Source: Deltaproteobacteria bacterium (GTDB taxonomy: Bacteria > Myxococcota > Kuafuiibacteriia > Kuafuiibacteriales > Kuafuiibacteriaceae). Taken from it: 64,000 nt of DNA. A program made the position numbers and the translations under genes. Numbering within the stretch: the first letter of the stretch is position 1; each line of letters starts with the position of its first letter. Positions 18,726-28,798 of the stretch are shown in pieces. The stretch is taken from NCBI GenBank assembly GCA_040218735.1, contig JAVJQW010000023.1:480001-544000 (forward strand). Reading direction: 5' to 3'. The notes beneath the pieces were generated by a model, which made no database searches, was not told where the DNA came from, and worked only from the letters and a program-made list of their open reading frames with translations.

Positions 18726-21191
18726 ATGCGACGGCTAAGTTGGGTCGTGCTCGTGTGTGTCGGCTGCGGCACGGGTACCGGCGCGGCGCCCGATGCGACG
18801 GCGCCGCGCGATGCGGGCAGCGTTCGACGAGACGGAGGGGCGCGGGACGGTGGGTCCTCGCGCGACAGCGGCGAACGACACGATGCCGGTACGCGCGACG
18901 CTCACGTCCGCGACGCCGGTGAGCGCGACGGCGGAGTCTTCGTCGACGTGACTCCGCCTCGACTCGTGTCGGAGCCCGACGCGACGTTCGACGTTCGGCG
19001 CGCGCTCGTCTTCGAGTTCGACGAGCCCTTGGATGGCACCACGGTCGGCGCGTCGTCGTTCGTGGTCGCAGGATCCGATGGCACGCTCGACCGCACCGTG
19101 ACGCTGGAGGACGAGGTCCGCGTTCGAATCACGCTCGCCGAGACACCCGTGCTCCCCGCCGATCTCACGGTGACGATCGAACCGCAGGTACGCGACCTCG
19201 CCGGGAACACGTTCGCCGGGAACACACTTCGGATCCACGCGCCGGCGTGGTTGGCGCACGACATCGACGGCCCCGGACCCGGCGACGACGCGCGGGCGTT
19301 CTTCGCAGGGGGCGCCCCTCGCCTCTCGATACGATCGGGCGGCGCCATCCACGTCTACACCCACGACGAAGCTTGGGGCCCACCTCTGCTCCTCACCCAG
19401 AGCGCGACCGGCGGTCCCTGGGTGGCGGTCGAGGGTGACGTCGCGCTGGTGGCGTGGCGCGAAGGCTCCGGCGGTTCCACGACGATCGCGCTACGTCGTT
19501 TCGAGAGCGACGGTTCGGTGAACGCGACGCCGGACCTCGTCGTCGGGACCGCGCTCGTCGTACGCGTCGCGATGGTCGGTGGGGTTCCGATCGTCGCCAC
19601 GTTCGCGGCCGGGGCCGCGCGCATCTGGCGCTTCGACACGACGTGGACGGAGGGCGCTGCACCCGCGACCTTCGACGGGTCCCACCGGCGGTTCGCGCTC
19701 ACGGCGTCCGACGGTCGGCTGTGGTGGGCGGAGCCCGAAGGCGAGACGCTGCGAGCCTGGCAGAGCGACGGAGCGGGGGGTTGGGTTCCGCGCGCCGCGA
19801 TCACCTCGGACGCCGAAGACGTCGCCCTCGCGCCGGGGCCTCACCCTGCGCTCACGTGGACCGTGACGCGCGGCGCGCAAGTCAGCTTGCACACCGCCGT
19901 CCTCGACTCATCATCGCCCGCGATCTCGACGGCCGCGAACCTCGACTTGGGGCGTGCGGCCTCGCGGCTCGCATTCGTCGTCGACGAGCTGGGCCGACCG
20001 CTGCTCGCCTGGTCGGAGGCTTCCGCATCCGGCGTCGACGCGTACCTCGCCGCGTGGGACCAAGGTACGTGGCGGCACCGCCGCGGCGTGATCGAAGGCG
20101 CGGCACGTCACACGGACCGCGTCGTGCTCGCGACGGATCGGTACGGGCGAGTCTTCGTCGGCGCATGGGCGGGAGCCTTCGCGGGGCGCCTCGCCAACAC
20201 CTTCACGTTGGGCGACGGCGGTCGCGTCTCGTCCGCGGGTGCACCGGGCTGTGCCCCGCTGCCGGCCGACGGTCCGGCGTTCCCGACTTCACTCGCAGCC
20301 ACCGGCTGTTTCACCGACCACGGGCTGTCTCCTATAGCGGGGGTTATCGGGTACAGCACGGCGTCGCGACTGTGGTCCGACGCGGCGGTGAAACGCCGGT
20401 GGCTCGCGGTGCCTGCGGGCGCTTCGATCACCTACAACGCGACGCTGGACGCGGCCTGGTCGTTCCCGGTCGGGACCGTGCTGATCAAGGAGTTCGCGTT
20501 CGAGCGCGGCGGAGATCGGAAGGTCGTCGAGACGCGGTTGCTCGCCAAACGCTGCGACAGCGGATGCGCCGAACCGTGGGAAGGCTACAGCTACGTCTGG
20601 GCGGAGGATGGCTCGGGCGCGATGCTCCGTCCCGCCGTCGCGACGACCACCGTGGCGTCGTGGACCGTCGGCGGCGAGACGCTCGAGCACATCTACCCGT
20701 CGCGAGCGGCGTGCCCCACGTGCCACACGCCGCAAGCCGCGCACGTCCTGGGCCTCTCTTCGCTCCAGCTCGACGGGCGGCGGGACTTCGACGGCGTCGT
20801 GGATCAGCAGCTCGACGTGCTGCTCGCGTCGGGGCTCGTGACGGGCGGACCGACGCAGCGCCCCGTCGGCGCCCCACGTCCCGAAGATCCCCATGACGGC
20901 AGCGTCGCCGCACGCGCGCGCGCCTACCTGCACGCGAACTGCGCACACTGCCATCGCCCCGGCGGTCAGAGCACGAACCTCGCGTGGTCGGCGCCGCAGG
21001 TGGCGGGCGGGAACATCTGCAGTCGCGTCGTCCCCGGGGAGCCTGGTGCCTCCCTGATCTGGCGTCGAATGGAGGTGCGCGGGTTCTCGGGCGGTGTCTC
21101 CCAGATGCCACCGCTCGCGACGAACGTCGTGGACCCCGTCGGCGTACAGCTCGTCGGCGCGTGGATCGAACGAATGACGTCTTGCCCGTGA
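18726..21191 (+). CDS. Lipoprotein with Ig-like (Big_5-like) domain, beta-propeller-like region and SO2930-like diheme cytochrome c domain
   Basis: Lipobox CVGC. Motifs DVTPPRLV..FDEPLD..VRDLAGN, LWSDAAVKRRW, FPVGTVLIKEF, VETRLL, CPTCH, CAHCH and QMPP. Confidence 0.8.
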   Translation: MRRLSWVVLVCVGCGTGTGAAPDATAPRDAGSVRRDGGARDGGSSRDSGERHDAGTRDAHVRDAGERDGGVFVDVTPPRLVSEPDATFDVRRALVFEFDEPLDGTTVGASSFVVAGSDGTLDRTVTLEDEVRVRITLAETPVLPADLTVTIEPQVRDLAGNTFAGNTLRIHAPAWLAHDIDGPGPGDDARAFFAGGAPRLSIRSGGAIHVYTHDEAWGPPLLLTQSATGGPWVAVEGDVALVAWREGSGGSTTIALRRFESDGSVNATPDLVVGTALVVRVAMVGGVPIVATFAAGAARIWRFDTTWTEGAAPATFDGSHRRFALTASDGRLWWAEPEGETLRAWQSDGAGGWVPRAAITSDAEDVALAPGPHPALTWTVTRGAQVSLHTAVLDSSSPAISTAANLDLGRAASRLAFVVDELGRPLLAWSEASASGVDAYLAAWDQGTWRHRRGVIEGAARHTDRVVLATDRYGRVFVGAWAGAFAGRLANTFTLGDGGRVSSAGAPGCAPLPADGPAFPTSLAATGCFTDHGLSPIAGVIGYSTASRLWSDAAVKRRWLAVPAGASITYNATLDAAWSFPVGTVLIKEFAFERGGDRKVVETRLLAKRCDSGCAEPWEGYSYVWAEDGSGAMLRPAVATTTVASWTVGGETLEHIYPSRAACPTCHTPQAAHVLGLSSLQLDGRRDFDGVVDQQLDVLLASGLVTGGPTQRPVGAPRPEDPHDGSVAARARAYLHANCAHCHRPGGQSTNLAWSAPQVAGGNICSRVVPGEPGASLIWRRMEVRGFSGGVSQMPPLATNVVDPVGVQLVGAWIERMTSCP

Positions 21192-21218
21192 TCGTTTCGG
21201 TCGGGTCGACGCACTGAA

Positions 21219-22910
21219 ATGAGCAGGATGGGGATGGCCACCCAAGACGCAGGGACGATCGTCGATCCTTCGCCCTTCGAAGCGACGGATCCACGCGTCG
21301 GAATGACGCTCCTCGACGGTCGATTCGAGATCACCGCCTTCATCGCACGGGGCGGGATGGGCGCCGTGTACCGAGCGACCAACCGCGAGGTGGGCAACGA
21401 GGTCGCGGTGAAGGTGCTCGACACCTCGCAGGTCTACGCCGACCCGCAGGAGCTCGAGCGACGCTTCGAGTCCGAGCTCGACACCCTCGCCGAGCTCCGC
21501 GACGTACGCATCCCGAAGGTGATCGCGCGCGGCGCGATGGAGACCGGCGAGCTGTTCATGGTGACGGAGCTCCTCATCGGGCAGACGCTCGAGGACGAGA
21601 TCGCGGAGCGCGGAGCGCTCGGGTCGGAGCGCACGATCCGCATCATGCAGGAGGTCTGCCTCGCGCTCATCGAAGCGCACGCCAGAGCGATCATTCACCG
21701 CGACATCAAACCTGCGAACCTCTTCGTCCAGCGGATCGAAGGAGGCCTCGAGCAGCTCCGGGTGCTCGACTTCGGAATCGCGAAGGTTACACGCGAGGGG
21801 CGCAACATGACGTCCACGGCCGAGGACGGCCGCACGGCGACCATCGGTACGTATCAGTACATGTCGCCGGAGCAGGCGAGCGGGATCGCCGCCGTGCCGC
21901 AGAGTGACCTCTACAGTCTGGGCGTCGTCGCGTATCACTGCCTGGCGGGGCACCCGCTGTTCGTCGGCGATCCCATGCTGCTGATGGAAGCGCACCGGAG
22001 CACGGTCCCGCCTCCCTTCTCGGCGGTGGCGCCGGACGCGGAGATCGATCCGCGCCTCGCGGCGCTCGTCTTCGAGCTACTCGCGAAGTCCCCGGAGGAC
22101 CGGCCCGAATCGGCGCAGAGGGTCTACGAGATCCTCCGGGCGATCGAACGGAGCGAACGCGACACGGTCGAGCGGCGCCCGCGCCGCGCCGCCTGGACAC
22201 TCGCCGCCGCAGCGATGGCGGCGATCGCCGTGGGGGTATTCGTTCAGAAAGGAGCCGAGGTCTCGGAGGGCGAGGTTCGGTGTACGCCCGCCGAACCCGG
22301 CTGTCTCGCGGACGTCGCGATTGCGGCAGCCAAGGCAGGACGCTGTGACGAAGCGACGTCGGGGATCGCGGCGTTCGACTCCGCGTGCGCGGGGACGTGC
22401 GCGCAGGCTCGTGCTTTCGACGCCGGACGCATCGCGATCGCGATCGCGTGCCCGGCTGCAACCCAGGTTGCAGCAACGGGACGCCTCGAGCTGAGCACCC
22501 GACCGGACGACGCGCAGGTCCTGGTCGCGGGTGAGCCCATCGACGGAGCGGTGGAGCTCGCGCCGGGTTCTTACGTCGCCGTCGTGCGACGCCCGGGCTT
22601 CGCGGAGCGCGAGGTTCGTTTCGACGTGCGACCGTGGTCGATCACGCAACTCCAAGTGACGCTGCTGCCGGACTCGGCGGACGATCGATGGGTTCGATAC
22701 GACGACGCGTCGCGGGATGCCGCCGACTTCGAGTCTCTGCGGGCGGCCCTCGAACGCTGCGTCGACGCGCCGCGCTCGGTGTACATCGCGCTGGCGCCCG
22801 GCGAGCCGCCGCGCTACGAACCTCACGATCCGTGTCTCGAGCGTGCGATGCGAAGCAGGGCCTACGCGGGCCCGACGGAGCTCGTACGTGCGGTGGTGGA
22901 GGTTCGATGA
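21219..22910 (+). CDS. Hanks-type Ser/Thr protein kinase, transmembrane, with PEGA domain
   Basis: Motifs ARGGMGAVY, VAVKVL, HRDIKPANL, DFGIAK, GTYQYMSPEQ and SDLYSLG. TM helix and PEGA domain. Confidence 0.93.
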   Translation: MSRMGMATQDAGTIVDPSPFEATDPRVGMTLLDGRFEITAFIARGGMGAVYRATNREVGNEVAVKVLDTSQVYADPQELERRFESELDTLAELRDVRIPKVIARGAMETGELFMVTELLIGQTLEDEIAERGALGSERTIRIMQEVCLALIEAHARAIIHRDIKPANLFVQRIEGGLEQLRVLDFGIAKVTREGRNMTSTAEDGRTATIGTYQYMSPEQASGIAAVPQSDLYSLGVVAYHCLAGHPLFVGDPMLLMEAHRSTVPPPFSAVAPDAEIDPRLAALVFELLAKSPEDRPESAQRVYEILRAIERSERDTVERRPRRAAWTLAAAAMAAIAVGVFVQKGAEVSEGEVRCTPAEPGCLADVAIAAAKAGRCDEATSGIAAFDSACAGTCAQARAFDAGRIAIAIACPAATQVAATGRLELSTRPDDAQVLVAGEPIDGAVELAPGSYVAVVRRPGFAEREVRFDVRPWSITQLQVTLLPDSADDRWVRYDDASRDAADFESLRAALERCVDAPRSVYIALAPGEPPRYEPHDPCLERAMRSRAYAGPTELVRAVVEVR

Positions 22911-23599
22911 TGGGCGGCTGGGTTCGAGCGACGTTCCTGTTGGCCTGCGTGGCGTGCGCGCCGGACGCGATCCCCACCGCGCCGCCTCGCCCTCCTCCGG
23001 AGGGTTTCGTTCGGCTCCCGGATCGATCGCATCAGGCGGCCTTCGAGCTCGTCGATAAAAAAGAGCACCTCGCCTTCGCGCGTCTGATGCATCGGCTGGA
23101 TCCCGAGCACCCCGCGTACGGGTACAACGCCGCCGCGGCTGCGCTCGCCGGTGGCCACTGCGAAGAGACCGCGTGGTTGCTCCGGGCCGCAGAGCGAAAG
23201 TGCGCGTCCGGGTGCCGCCTCCGCGAGCACATTCGGAAGCTGACCGACCGCTACGACACCCGCTGCCGGGGTCGACTCCGCGTCCGCGTCGAACCCAGCG
23301 ACGCCGAAGTGTGGGTCGAAGGTGCACGAGGCGCCCGCCGAACCTCCGGCCGCGACACGCTCGTCCTGGCCCCGGGCTCGTACCGCGTCGTCGCTGCGGC
23401 ACCGGGTCACACGATCGGGGCGACCCAGGTCGAAGTCACGCGGGGCGCCGAGCGAACCGCGACGGTAAGGCTCGCCGCGCTCCGGACGGAGGCCCCTCGC
23501 GTCTCGGTCGCCGCCGCGCGGTCGGAGCCGGCGATCGAAACACCGAAGTCAGAGCCCGAGCGGACCACCGCGCCCGCGGGGATGGTGGAGATCCGGTGA
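22907..23599 (+). CDS. PEGA-domain lipoprotein
   Basis: ATGA overlap with the kinase gene. Lipobox CVAC. PEGA motif VEPSDAEVWVEG..LAPGSYRV..APGH. Confidence 0.7.
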   Translation: MMGGWVRATFLLACVACAPDAIPTAPPRPPPEGFVRLPDRSHQAAFELVDKKEHLAFARLMHRLDPEHPAYGYNAAAAALAGGHCEETAWLLRAAERKCASGCRLREHIRKLTDRYDTRCRGRLRVRVEPSDAEVWVEGARGARRTSGRDTLVLAPGSYRVVAAAPGHTIGATQVEVTRGAERTATVRLAALRTEAPRVSVAAARSEPAIETPKSEPERTTAPAGMVEIR

Positions 23600-23680
23600 T
23601 GAGCCCGGCGCGCTCACGACGGAAGATCCGCTCCAGGCTTGACTGATGAGCGAGAGCTCCATCGCGGGTCTGAGCGCCGT

Positions 23681-25003
23681 TCAGCGGACGCCCCACTTCG
23701 CCGCGAGGTACAGCAACACGCGCTCCGCCTCCGGCTCCTCCAAGGCACGCTCGTAGACGATGATCTCCGCGATGTCGCCGTCGAGCGTCTCGTCGGTGAG
23801 CCCCGTGCCGAGCGTCAGCCGGAGCGACCCGAGGTTGCCGGCCTCGACGAGGGTGTCGTCGACCTGCAGCCCCATGACGTCGCCGCCGTCCTCGCCCCAC
23901 ATGCGGTAGTGATCCAGCAGGCCGGAGGTCCAACGGCGGACACCGATCAGCGTGGGCTGCGTCGGCGCAAAGCCTTGGGCCTGGACGCTGTCCTGCACCG
24001 ACGGCGTGAGCGGGACCCGGTGGATGAAGCGCCCGCCCTGACCGGGGTGGACGAGGTCGAGCGCCGCCGCGACGCCGAACTCGGAGTGCGAAGCCTCGAA
24101 GATGCCGGCGCTCCCGATCGAACGCGGGTAGACCAGCGCAAAGACCGTGTAGTCGTCACCCGCGAAGCCGGCGAAGCTCTGCACGTTGAGGCGATCGTCG
24201 ACGCCGTCGAAGCGAACCACGGAGCGACCGTTCATCGCCGCGTCGACGAGCTCGGGGCGCAGCGTCGAGAGCGCGACCGACGCCTCGGGTGCTTCGGCCC
24301 CGCCACGTCGATCCGTCCAGCGCACGACGCGATCGTTGCGAACGGTGAGGGTCCCGCTGGCGTCGGCGTCGAGCCACAGCGCCATGCCGTCGACGTCCGG
24401 TGTGTCGAGGATGCAGTGGCCGCGGTACGCGACGTAGCCCGGCACGCACATCTCACACGCCGCGCCCTCGTAACCTTCGTCGCAGACGCAGAGCTCGGAG
24501 TCGTCGGCTTCGATCTGACACGAGCCGTAGTCACCACACTCGAGCTGGCACTCGCGGATACAGACGCCGTCCCCGTCGAGGTCGGCGTAGCCGACGTCGC
24601 ACGTGTCGCACGATGCACCGACGTGTCCGACGTCGCAGCGACAGGCGCGCCCGTCGATCTCGGTGTCGATGAAACACGTCCCCTGACCGCAGCTCGGCGC
24701 GTCCTCTCCGGTGGCGTCGCAGGCCAGCGAGCAGATCCCGTCCGCGTTGCCGTCCTGCCAACCCGGGGCGCACTGGTCGCACCGCGGCCCCGCGTAGCCG
24801 CGCGCGCACTCCTCCGTCATGGGCTGCATCCCCGCGTCCGGTGTCGTGCCGGCGTCGGTCGGCGCGACGCCGCCGTCGCGCATCATCGCGGGGGAGGTCG
24901 GGTCATCGAGCCCCAACATCGGGTCGGGGAGGTCGGCACCGCCCCCGCACGCGACGAGGAACAGCGAAGTGAGGGTGAATCGAAGGGCGATGGAGTCGTT
25001 CAT
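23681..25003 (-). CDS. Lipoprotein with EGF-like repeats and LamG/ConA-like C-terminal domain
   Basis: Start MNDSIA. Lipobox LVAC. EGF-like motifs CxxG[YH]xGxxCxxC. Motifs LWLDAD..VVRWTDR, FDGVDDRL and LDGDIAEIIVYERAL..YLAAKWG. Confidence 0.82.
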   Translation of the reverse strand: MNDSIALRFTLTSLFLVACGGGADLPDPMLGLDDPTSPAMMRDGGVAPTDAGTTPDAGMQPMTEECARGYAGPRCDQCAPGWQDGNADGICSLACDATGEDAPSCGQGTCFIDTEIDGRACRCDVGHVGASCDTCDVGYADLDGDGVCIRECQLECGDYGSCQIEADDSELCVCDEGYEGAACEMCVPGYVAYRGHCILDTPDVDGMALWLDADASGTLTVRNDRVVRWTDRRGGAEAPEASVALSTLRPELVDAAMNGRSVVRFDGVDDRLNVQSFAGFAGDDYTVFALVYPRSIGSAGIFEASHSEFGVAAALDLVHPGQGGRFIHRVPLTPSVQDSVQAQGFAPTQPTLIGVRRWTSGLLDHYRMWGEDGGDVMGLQVDDTLVEAGNLGSLRLTLGTGLTDETLDGDIAEIIVYERALEEPEAERVLLYLAAKWGVR

Positions 25004-25056
25004 GCCCACGCATTGGTGGCGTGGGCGCGGGATCCAACATGCGGTCGAAAAAAAGC

Positions 25057-25614
25057 TCAGATCTCGATCGGAACGACGTAGACCGGGCCGAGCCCCAACT
25101 TCGCCACGGCCCAAGCGGCGAACGGGAGCATCGCGTCGAGGACCCGCAGCTCGGCGACGTGCTCGAACAGGATCGGGGCCTCGGGCGACTTGACGAGCAT
25201 CTGCACACCTTCGAGTCCGCCGACCGGAACCGCTTCGTGGCCCGCGAAGCCGCGCGCGCGCGCCGCGCCGGTGGGATCCGCGCCATGGATCGGCACGATC
25301 ACTTCGAGCGGATCGAAGGGGGCGCGCGGATCGCTCGACCCGAGGAGCGCGCCGCAGGCTTCGCGCGCGCCGTTCTGCAACGCCTCGGGCCACGCCGCCG
25401 GCGCCACCCAGCGCGCGTACAGATGGAGGTCCTCGACGCGGTCGACGAACAGCCCGCGAAGCGCGTCGTAGTCCGCGTCCGACGGCGCGTGCTCGCCGTG
25501 TTTCGGATCGGGCGCCGGGGGGCCCTCGACGATCCCCGCCCCCTCCAGCGTGCGGAGCACGTCCAGGATCTCGACGGCCGGCCGCGGCAGCAACAACGCG
25601 TACAGCTCGATCAC
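25057..25614 (-). CDS. Hypothetical protein
   Basis: GTG start overlaps the stop of the upstream gene (GTGA). Globular-looking composition from VIELYALLL onward. Confidence 0.6.
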   Translation of the reverse strand: MIELYALLLPRPAVEILDVLRTLEGAGIVEGPPAPDPKHGEHAPSDADYDALRGLFVDRVEDLHLYARWVAPAAWPEALQNGAREACGALLGSSDPRAPFDPLEVIVPIHGADPTGAARARGFAGHEAVPVGGLEGVQMLVKSPEAPILFEHVAELRVLDAMLPFAAWAVAKLGLGPVYVVPIEI

Positions 25615-27239
25615 GACGCCGCCCGCACCGGAGCTTCGTGCTCCTCGATGAACTTGCGGCGCTGCTCGGGATCGAGCGGCCGCCGGAAGAGAACGCGGCC
25701 CCGAAGGCCGCTGTCGAACGCACGTTCCATCGTGCCGGTGAAGGACGTGTAGCCGCCGACGTCGAGGTTCGCGAGATCGAAGCCGTGTTTGTCGGCCGCG
25801 GCTTCGACGGCGTCGCGGATCCCGATCATCGCGAGGTCGACCTCGTGGCGCGTGAGGTACCCCGCCTCCTCCAACGCGACCAACGACTGGTACTGGAAGA
25901 TCGAGAAGTAGATGTCGAAGTTGCGCCCGAAGATCCCGGGCGCCTTGTAGCGATCCCGGAGCTTGGGCACCCCCGTCTGCGGATCCGGACGCATGAACCA
26001 CCCGTCGAGATCCGCCTGCGTGATCCCGGGGAACTCCGCCTGGAGCGCCTCGACGCTCGCGATGTCCTCGAGCCCGTGCTCGGTGCGCCACGCGGCGCTG
26101 TAGTTCGTCCCGTGCACGTCGCGGACGTAGACCTTCTCCACCTCGCGCGTGCGCGGGTCGAAACACATCAGGAAGTTCTGCGGGTGCAGCTCGAGCGTCA
26201 CGCCCTGCGCGTAGAAGTGGAACGCGATGTCGAGGAGCGGCTCGGAGAAGAGCTTGAGGAACCCGTCGACCTTGCTGAGCCCGGGGTTCTTCTTCCGCAG
26301 GCGCTCGATAGCGTCGGCCGCGAGGACGCGCGTCTCTTCCTTGGCGCGCACGTCAACCTGACTTGCAGCGGCGCGATCCGCGGGGAGGCGCTCCTTGGTC
26401 GGCGAGAACAACGCGAAGCCCGGGACCGCGAGGGTGTCCGGGAGCCGGCGGAAGATCGCGCCGAGCTCGACGGCCTTCTTGCCGTCGCCGAGACGCGCCG
26501 CGACCGTCGCGCCCTCCGAGAGCACCTCGAAGCGCGGCAGGCCCTCCCCGAGGGTCTCGAGCAGGTGCGTGAAGACGGGCGCGATCAAACAGTCGTTGAG
26601 GTTGAGCTGTCGGCTCCCGTCGAGGCCCCCCATGCGCGCGTACGTCGCGTCCGAGAGGTGCAGCTTCACGGAAAGATCCTGGAGCCCGTCGACGAGCCGC
26701 GGGACCCCCTCGGCGCCGAAGAGCACGCTGCGCGGCGACGCGGTCTGGAACATCTCGCCGTCGTCGATCACGGCGACCGCGCCGAAGGTCTTCTGCAGCG
26801 TCGCGACCTCCTCTTCGTGCACCGGCAGCAGCAGGACGCGGCCCGTCCCCGGGAGGTCGCGCACGAGCTGGTCGAGGAAGGTCGACGCCTCCGCGTCCGA
26901 GGCGCGCGCCGTGAGCCGCATTCGATCGTCGGACGCGACGGGGACCACCAGCCACTTGAACGCGCGCGGCTCGGCCCGGTAGAGGGCGTCCATCGCCTTG
27001 ACGCGCGTGCGCGACTGGAAGCGGCCGCTGTTCGCGAACAGCTCGTAGCGGATCAGCTGCGCGCGACGCTCACTCGCCGCGCGCACGCCCTCGGGGAGCA
27101 GCACCCCGCCCGCCGTGCGACCCGCGACCTCGGGCGGCGGAACGACCGCACCGAGCTCGGCCTGCAGACGCTCGACGTTCTCGATCGGCCCGTAGATCGG
27201 GCTCGACTTGGGGCGTAACCCCAACCACGTGAGCACCAT
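25611..27239 (-). CDS. IucA/IucC-like (NRPS-independent synthetase fold) protein
   Basis: Motifs SPRSV, SVKLHLS, LGAIFR, GVTLELHPQNFL and YVRDVHG occur in NIS-synthetase order. Confidence 0.65.
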   Translation of the reverse strand: MVLTWLGLRPKSSPIYGPIENVERLQAELGAVVPPPEVAGRTAGGVLLPEGVRAASERRAQLIRYELFANSGRFQSRTRVKAMDALYRAEPRAFKWLVVPVASDDRMRLTARASDAEASTFLDQLVRDLPGTGRVLLLPVHEEEVATLQKTFGAVAVIDDGEMFQTASPRSVLFGAEGVPRLVDGLQDLSVKLHLSDATYARMGGLDGSRQLNLNDCLIAPVFTHLLETLGEGLPRFEVLSEGATVAARLGDGKKAVELGAIFRRLPDTLAVPGFALFSPTKERLPADRAAASQVDVRAKEETRVLAADAIERLRKKNPGLSKVDGFLKLFSEPLLDIAFHFYAQGVTLELHPQNFLMCFDPRTREVEKVYVRDVHGTNYSAAWRTEHGLEDIASVEALQAEFPGITQADLDGWFMRPDPQTGVPKLRDRYKAPGIFGRNFDIYFSIFQYQSLVALEEAGYLTRHEVDLAMIGIRDAVEAAADKHGFDLANLDVGGYTSFTGTMERAFDSGLRGRVLFRRPLDPEQRRKFIEEHEAPVRAAS

Positions 27240-27265
27240 CCGACCGACTGTAGCAGAGCCGGATG

Positions 27266-28624
27266 CTAGCGAAAGCCCGCCACTCGACTCTTGCGGATCC
27301 GCAAGACGCGCTCATTGTCGCGCGTCGTCGCGTCGCCGATGACCACGCCGCGTCGGCTGCGTGTGTCGGAAGAGAAGTACGGAATGCGCCGCTCGGTCGC
27401 GGGCCCGACGCCCATGACCGTGTAGAAGCCGTCGCTCGACGGCCCGAAGACCGAGCCGAAGAGAGAGTCGCGGCGCCGGAAGCCGTGCCCGAACGCAAAC
27501 GGCGTGTTGGTCGTGTCGCTGTCGTGCCGCGCTCCGAGGAGGTGCCCGATCTCGTGCGCGAAGGTGTGGTCGGTTGCGTCCGCGCGAATCGCGAAGAAGG
27601 CCTGAGCGGGCCCCGCGTCGATCCTATGCACCTGACCGTTGGGGCGAACGACCGCGCCCGGTGACCACGGTGACGGGATGGTGAGGTCATCGACCACGAT
27701 GCCGACGATGTCGGCCGCGGTCGCGTTACGACCGCGGCCGTCCGTCGGCCCCGCGGCGAGGTCGTCGTAGACGAGGCCATCGCTCGGTCGGGAGAGGCGC
27801 CGCAAGAGGACGGTCGAGTCGCTCGTCCCCGGGTTCTGCGACGGCAGTCGGAGCCCCGCGTTGACGAGCTCGATCCCCACGCCGCTGTTCGTGAACGCCT
27901 GGTTCGCCTGGGCGAGGAAGAAACGCATGCGATCCTTGGTCACGGCGCGTCCGCCGAGGACGTTGCGTGCGTTCGGCGCGGCGATCTGGAGCACGCGGAT
28001 CTTCGTGGAGGCGGTGAGCGCGGACGTGCTGCGCCCGAACGGCGCGTCGTCCATCGCGAGTTCGGGCGTCGACTCGATCACCTCCGCTTCGGGCGGCGTG
28101 TCGTCGGCGTTCGGCAGGTGCGCGAAGTCTCGTGTGTAGAGGATCTGATGCCCGCCCTCCTCGACCGTGACGACCTCGAGCGTCCTCGCGCCGAATGCGA
28201 GCTGCCCCATCACCCGATCGCCGGTGACGACGAACAGCGCCGCTGCGCCGTGGGGCGGAGGTGTTCCGTCGACCGCCTCGATCGTGCCCTCCCACACCGA
28301 CGACGGCGGTCCATCGGGGTCGTCCATTCGGTACGTGGACGTCGCGCTCAGCCGCAGCACCGCGTCGTCCGGGAGCCGCAGGGTCAGATCCGGATCACCC
28401 CTTCGAAGCGGGTCGAGCGCGACGGTGACGACCCGCGGTGACGAGACGGACGGATCCGCGGCGAGCGCGGCGAGTGTGCTTCGGCCCGTCGCCGGGTCGG
28501 CGGGCGCGGCGGGCGCGAGCAGCTCCGGCGCTGCCGCGGGCGCTCCACACGCAGCCGGCAGAACGAGGGCGAGCGCAGCCCACCCTGAAGAAGCGTACCT
28601 CCTGGCGATCGCTTGGTTCGACAT
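27266..28624 (-). CDS. Reprolysin-like (M12) zinc metalloprotease lipoprotein with propeptide
   Basis: Metzincin motif TFAHEIGHLLGARHD and Met-turn FYTVMG. Lipobox PAAC. Confidence 0.88.
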   Translation of the reverse strand: MSNQAIARRYASSGWAALALVLPAACGAPAAAPELLAPAAPADPATGRSTLAALAADPSVSSPRVVTVALDPLRRGDPDLTLRLPDDAVLRLSATSTYRMDDPDGPPSSVWEGTIEAVDGTPPPHGAAALFVVTGDRVMGQLAFGARTLEVVTVEEGGHQILYTRDFAHLPNADDTPPEAEVIESTPELAMDDAPFGRSTSALTASTKIRVLQIAAPNARNVLGGRAVTKDRMRFFLAQANQAFTNSGVGIELVNAGLRLPSQNPGTSDSTVLLRRLSRPSDGLVYDDLAAGPTDGRGRNATAADIVGIVVDDLTIPSPWSPGAVVRPNGQVHRIDAGPAQAFFAIRADATDHTFAHEIGHLLGARHDSDTTNTPFAFGHGFRRRDSLFGSVFGPSSDGFYTVMGVGPATERRIPYFSSDTRSRRGVVIGDATTRDNERVLRIRKSRVAGFR

Positions 28625-28798
28625 CGCAGGGTGAGTGCGCAGGCCGCACGCGCTTGTGACGACGACGCGGTGCCGCGTGCGCCCCAAATGACCTCGTCAA
28701 CCACACGAACGGGTTATGCGCTCCACTCACGCATCCGTCGGAACACCGGTGGTTCCCGACCTTGCCGTCGCGCTCACCGCGCCCCTACGCTGATTTGT

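Noticed and set aside
25040-25060. A-tract GAAAAAAAGCTC resembling the shared ECF promoter motif
   Set aside because: It is on the wrong strand relative to the nearby genes and lacks TCCGCGCAG and the spaced CGAA box.
25611-27239. Siderophore biosynthetic gene cluster
   Set aside because: Only one divergent synthetase-like gene is present, with no precursor-tailoring, export or uptake genes nearby.
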